Virus record (IMG/VR): IMGVR_UViG_2651869781_000017
Coordinates: 1-51,682 of that record
Source of the DNA: a virus
Taxonomy: Duplodnaviria > Heunggongvirae > Uroviricota > Caudoviricetes
Direction: 5' to 3' (one strand)
Length of the DNA: 51,682 nt
Shown: one piece after another, positions 48,512-51,682 of the stretch
Numbering within the stretch: the first letter of the stretch is position 1
Layout of the letters: every line of letters begins with the position of its first letter
The notes under the pieces: model-generated
Databases searched by the model: none
Told to the model about the DNA's origin: nothing
What the model saw: only the letters and a program-made list of their open reading frames with translations
Translations under genes and position numbers: made by a program

Positions 48512-49540
48512 ATGATTCTAGGTAATGATTACGTTGATTTAGCTCCTTTGTTCTCTGCGCATAGCACTAGAAACTATCTGCTTTCTACTCTCGACTTCAC
48601 TGATCCGGTGGGCGTTAGTTCTCATAAAGTAGCTGTTTCCCAGCTTGTCGAAAGCAACGAATCTCTCTTTAACAAAGAGACAAGCCGTTTTAGTTCTGAA
48701 CACAATGTTACTAAGCGAGAACAAGGTAAAGAATGGCTGATTGAAATCCCTTACTTCCTGCGTGAAGATGTGATCCGTCCTTCTGATGTTCAAGGCAAAC
48801 GTAAACCTGGCACTGATTTTCAGGAAACACTCACTGATATTTATGCTGACTATGTTGCTAAACACCACGTAGCGTATCAGCGCACTAAAGAAAGCGTATT
48901 GGCTGCATCTCTGTTTAGCGGTAAAACTTACACGCCTAAAACTGATGATGTGTTAATTGAGTGGGGCAAGCTGTTTAACGTATCAGCTATGAAAGCCACT
49001 GTGAACGCTTCCAGCACTGACACCACGAAGATTTTTAAAGAATTTGATCAGATTGCTACTGACATTATCGAGAAAGCACAAAGCCAGGCGGCTGCTGTAG
49101 AGCGTATTGTTGTTTTCTGTAAGCCGGAAGCCTTCTCTGCAATTCGATTCTCTGCGGGTATGGCAAACGCATTCCAGTATGTAAGCCCACTGGAAGAAGG
49201 GAACGTTGTGTATCAGCGTCGTGACCTGCTACCAGGAGTGACAGCGTTCACTATTCCAGGAACTAACATTGATGTTATTAAACTGGTAGATCCGCTACAC
49301 CTTGCACATATGACCGCTGACGCTGTAGCCGTGCCTAAATTCGCTAAAGGCTCTAACGTCTACCAGGCCATCTATGGGGCGGCTTCCAGCACCTTTGAAC
49401 TGATCAATGCCGCTCCTGCTGAGGTTTACAGCTACAGCTATGAATCTTCTCGTGGTGATGCTGTTAACGTTGTTACAGAGAATAGCCAGATGGTTGTAAA
49501 CCACGGTGTAGGCTTCTCCGTTCAAATCACTGTTAAATAA
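48512..49540 (+). CDS. putative major capsid protein (possible T7 gp10-like, HK97 fold)
   Basis: 342 aa; local resemblance to T7 gp10A (ours RIVVFCKPEAFSAI versus T7 RVFYCDPDSYSAI) and similar length; from memory only. Confidence 0.4.
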   Translation: MILGNDYVDLAPLFSAHSTRNYLLSTLDFTDPVGVSSHKVAVSQLVESNESLFNKETSRFSSEHNVTKREQGKEWLIEIPYFLREDVIRPSDVQGKRKPGTDFQETLTDIYADYVAKHHVAYQRTKESVLAASLFSGKTYTPKTDDVLIEWGKLFNVSAMKATVNASSTDTTKIFKEFDQIATDIIEKAQSQAAAVERIVVFCKPEAFSAIRFSAGMANAFQYVSPLEEGNVVYQRRDLLPGVTAFTIPGTNIDVIKLVDPLHLAHMTADAVAVPKFAKGSNVYQAIYGAASSTFELINAAPAEVYSYSYESSRGDAVNVVTENSQMVVNHGVGFSVQITVK

Positions 49541-49625
49541 TATTTAACGTGTAATAGAGGCGTGGCGTGTATTCACGCTTCGCCTTTTTTTTATTTATTT
49601 TTAAATTTTGAGAGGTGATTAAAAT

Positions 49626-49829
49626 ATGGAAGTGATTCTGAAATCAAAAAATGGTGTCCACGTACATTTAGATGCTAATGATTCTAGAGGCTTGTTAAAT
49701 CTGAAATATCTATGTTCTCTCTTAGATGTTCCATATGAAGGAGTAAAAGCCCGTATGTTCAGACTAAACGAGAGTATTGATCAGGCTCTACACCATTTCT
49801 TAAGTAAAGAAGGTGGTAAAAATGATTAA
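49626..49829 (+). CDS. hypothetical small protein (67 aa)
   Basis: ORF between capsid-like gene and large downstream ORF. Confidence 0.3.
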   Translation: MEVILKSKNGVHVHLDANDSRGLLNLKYLCSLLDVPYEGVKARMFRLNESIDQALHHFLSKEGGKND

Positions 49830-49843
49830 TAAGGGGATTTTAA

Positions 49844-51682
49844 ATGTTAGAAATTAACACTTCTAAAATTAAGAACACAGTTACATTTAGTGTAGATAAA
49901 GACAGCTTGAAAAAAGCGAAAGACTCTATTACAGGCTTAAAGGAATTCGCAGAAAATATCAAGCCTGCTAAATTAAGATTTGATACTGTCACTAAAGGCT
50001 ATAAGAAAGCACAAAGTGAAGTAGATAAGATTGCTCAACAGAAAGCGAAAAACGAAAAACAGAATCAAAGAGCACAAGCTGCCGCAGCAAGAGCACAGGC
50101 AAGGCAACAGCAACAAATAGCAGCACGTAAGGAGAAAGCTGAACTAAAGCTTTTAGACGTTGGATCAAGCATTAGTGCAATGCACCGTCTTTCTGTAGCT
50201 GAACAATACAAAGCTATTGCACAGGCTAGAGAGATAGCAAAACAATATGAGCAAGGGGCTATCTCGCTTGCACGTATGAATAGCCAGATGAAACGCTTAC
50301 AACAGCAACAACGTAAGATTAATGGCAACAGAAAAGCTCAATTAGCCCCCGTTAAGGGAGGATCAGGGAATTCCGCCACTATGGGCGCTCTGTTATTTGG
50401 AGGCGCTACGGCGGCTGCTGGCGTGATGGCTGTAAGTAAAACCGCCGAGTTTGTTAGTAAAAGTTTCGCTAACGCAGAGACACAAGGAGAATTAATCCAA
50501 CGTGCAAGGCTTGGCGGTGTAGACGTTAACCAGATGTATAACATTACAGAATGGGCGTATAAAAACGGCGTTGACTCTATGATGGGTGATCAAGGGGCTA
50601 GAAAATACCTGGATCAGATGAAAGATGTTAGGGAACGTGCTACCAAATCTTATGACGAGGCTGAATATGTAGTTGATAAGAAAACAGGGAAAGGCATATG
50701 GAAAGGCGGTGATAACGGTATTAATGAACTTCTAAACATCGGTGTTATTAACAAAAGCGACCTTAAAAAATTTGCTGATAATCCAGCCGGATTAATTTCT
50801 AAGGCTGTTAATGGAATGATGAAAAAAGGGTTTTCAGATTCTCAAATTGGACAACGTTTAGAAGACCTGGGCGATGATTTGATGCTTACGTCAAAATATT
50901 GGCAACGTTCCGTTAAAGATGTACAAGAAAGTATTAATCAGCAAAAAGCCTCTGGAAAATGGCTAACAGAAACACAGCAAGACTCTATCGTTAAATTCAG
51001 AGAACTAAACAGACAGCTTTCGCAGCTTTCTGATGCAAGACAAGTAGCATTTGTAGACGGGTTTATGAAATCTCTCGATCCAAAAGTAACGGAAGAGTTT
51101 TTGAAAAACCTTTCTAATCTCACTCCGTATTTTACGAAGCTGGGAGAAGCTACAGGAAGTCTCTTTGAAGCTATTATGAAGATTGTAAACTGGTTTAATC
51201 GTAATGATGATAAGACAGAGGCTATTCAGAAAAATTTAGGTGATGCACCGCCATTAAGCAATGAAGGAATGAAACAGAATCTTTCTAATCTCGTTCCTGA
51301 CCAATATAAAGGCGCTGGCACTGCAACAACTACACCTGATAATAGTCATTCTCTCTTTAACACGATTAAGGGATTGCTTTTCGATGATAAATCTTCTGTG
51401 TCAGATGTAAAAATGTCAGTCAGCGAAGCACCGATAACCAATCTCAAACAGGGTGCTTTAAATAATCTTGCAATGACAACTCCGGCTTATAATTTATCTC
51501 CTGTATTCAATCTGAATCCGACATTTGAAGTGGTAACGGAGGTTCCGCTTACTATTAATTCTGACACGTCCAGATTAAGCGATTATGTGGATTTTACAGC
51601 GAGAGCAAGTCGGGATAGCTTCTTGAAATCATTAACATTAACCAGCTTATCAGGACAATCTAACGGCGGGGAATTCCCGCCA
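49844..51682 (+). CDS. large coiled-coil protein, 3'-truncated by window end (at least 613 aa)
   Basis: Open frame from ATG 49844 to window end with no stop (absent from ORF track because no stop); Q/A/R-rich coiled coil then Gly/Ala hydrophobic segment. Confidence 0.5.
   Translation, partial: MLEINTSKIKNTVTFSVDKDSLKKAKDSITGLKEFAENIKPAKLRFDTVTKGYKKAQSEVDKIAQQKAKNEKQNQRAQAAAARAQARQQQQIAARKEKAELKLLDVGSSISAMHRLSVAEQYKAIAQAREIAKQYEQGAISLARMNSQMKRLQQQQRKINGNRKAQLAPVKGGSGNSATMGALLFGGATAAAGVMAVSKTAEFVSKSFANAETQGELIQRARLGGVDVNQMYNITEWAYKNGVDSMMGDQGARKYLDQMKDVRERATKSYDEAEYVVDKKTGKGIWKGGDNGINELLNIGVINKSDLKKFADNPAGLISKAVNGMMKKGFSDSQIGQRLEDLGDDLMLTSKYWQRSVKDVQESINQQKASGKWLTETQQDSIVKFRELNRQLSQLSDARQVAFVDGFMKSLDPKVTEEFLKNLSNLTPYFTKLGEATGSLFEAIMKIVNWFNRNDDKTEAIQKNLGDAPPLSNEGMKQNLSNLVPDQYKGAGTATTTPDNSHSLFNTIKGLLFDDKSSVSDVKMSVSEAPITNLKQGALNNLAMTTPAYNLSPVFNLNPTFEVVTEVPLTINSDTSRLSDYVDFTARASRDSFLKSLTLTSLSGQSNGGEFPP

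Larger units (their letters stand above)
41440..51682. mobile_element. second AT-rich phage- or plasmid-like element (partial; continues beyond window)
   Basis: Sharp composition change after attR; serine recombinase, iteron origin, phage-type genes; no host core genes recognised. Confidence 0.5.

Noticed and set aside
51668-51682. GGGGAATTCCCGCC at the window end and a similar GGGAATTCCGCC near 50366 (EcoRI-site-containing motif)
   Set aside because: Both lie in frame within the large coiled-coil ORF; most likely coincidental coding sequence rather than a cloning junction or repeat element.

Overview
The window is an Enterobacteriaceae (E. coli-type) proA–thrW junction carrying a complete, mosaic P22-like lambdoid prophage of about 40 kb, followed by about 10 kb of a second, AT-rich phage- or plasmid-like element. 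The prophage sits in tRNA-Thr (thrW) and is bounded by a 47-bp direct repeat (1399-1445 and 41393-41439). It has a lambda-like regulatory and lysis backbone (N, nutL/nutR, cIII, cI, cro, cII, O, nin region, Q, pR', S/R/Rz/Rz1) and P22-like packaging, virion and immI genes (terminase, portal, scaffold, coat, gp4/10/26/14/7/20/16, mnt/arc/ant, tailspike). Three cargo loci look like the best candidates for undescribed exclusion or defence functions: (i) an AT-rich three-gene module co-oriented with mnt in the sieA slot (36395-37433), (ii) a small multi-pass membrane protein directly after cI in the rexAB slot, and (iii) a T5orf172-domain gene inserted between cII and O. The second element (41440 to the window end) has a small serine recombinase, a 5-copy iteron origin, about 1.2 kb of repeat-rich DNA with no long ORF, and a possible T7 gp10-like capsid gene; it is truncated by the window. 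All protein calls rest on reading the translations against remembered family sequences and on synteny; no database search was run.
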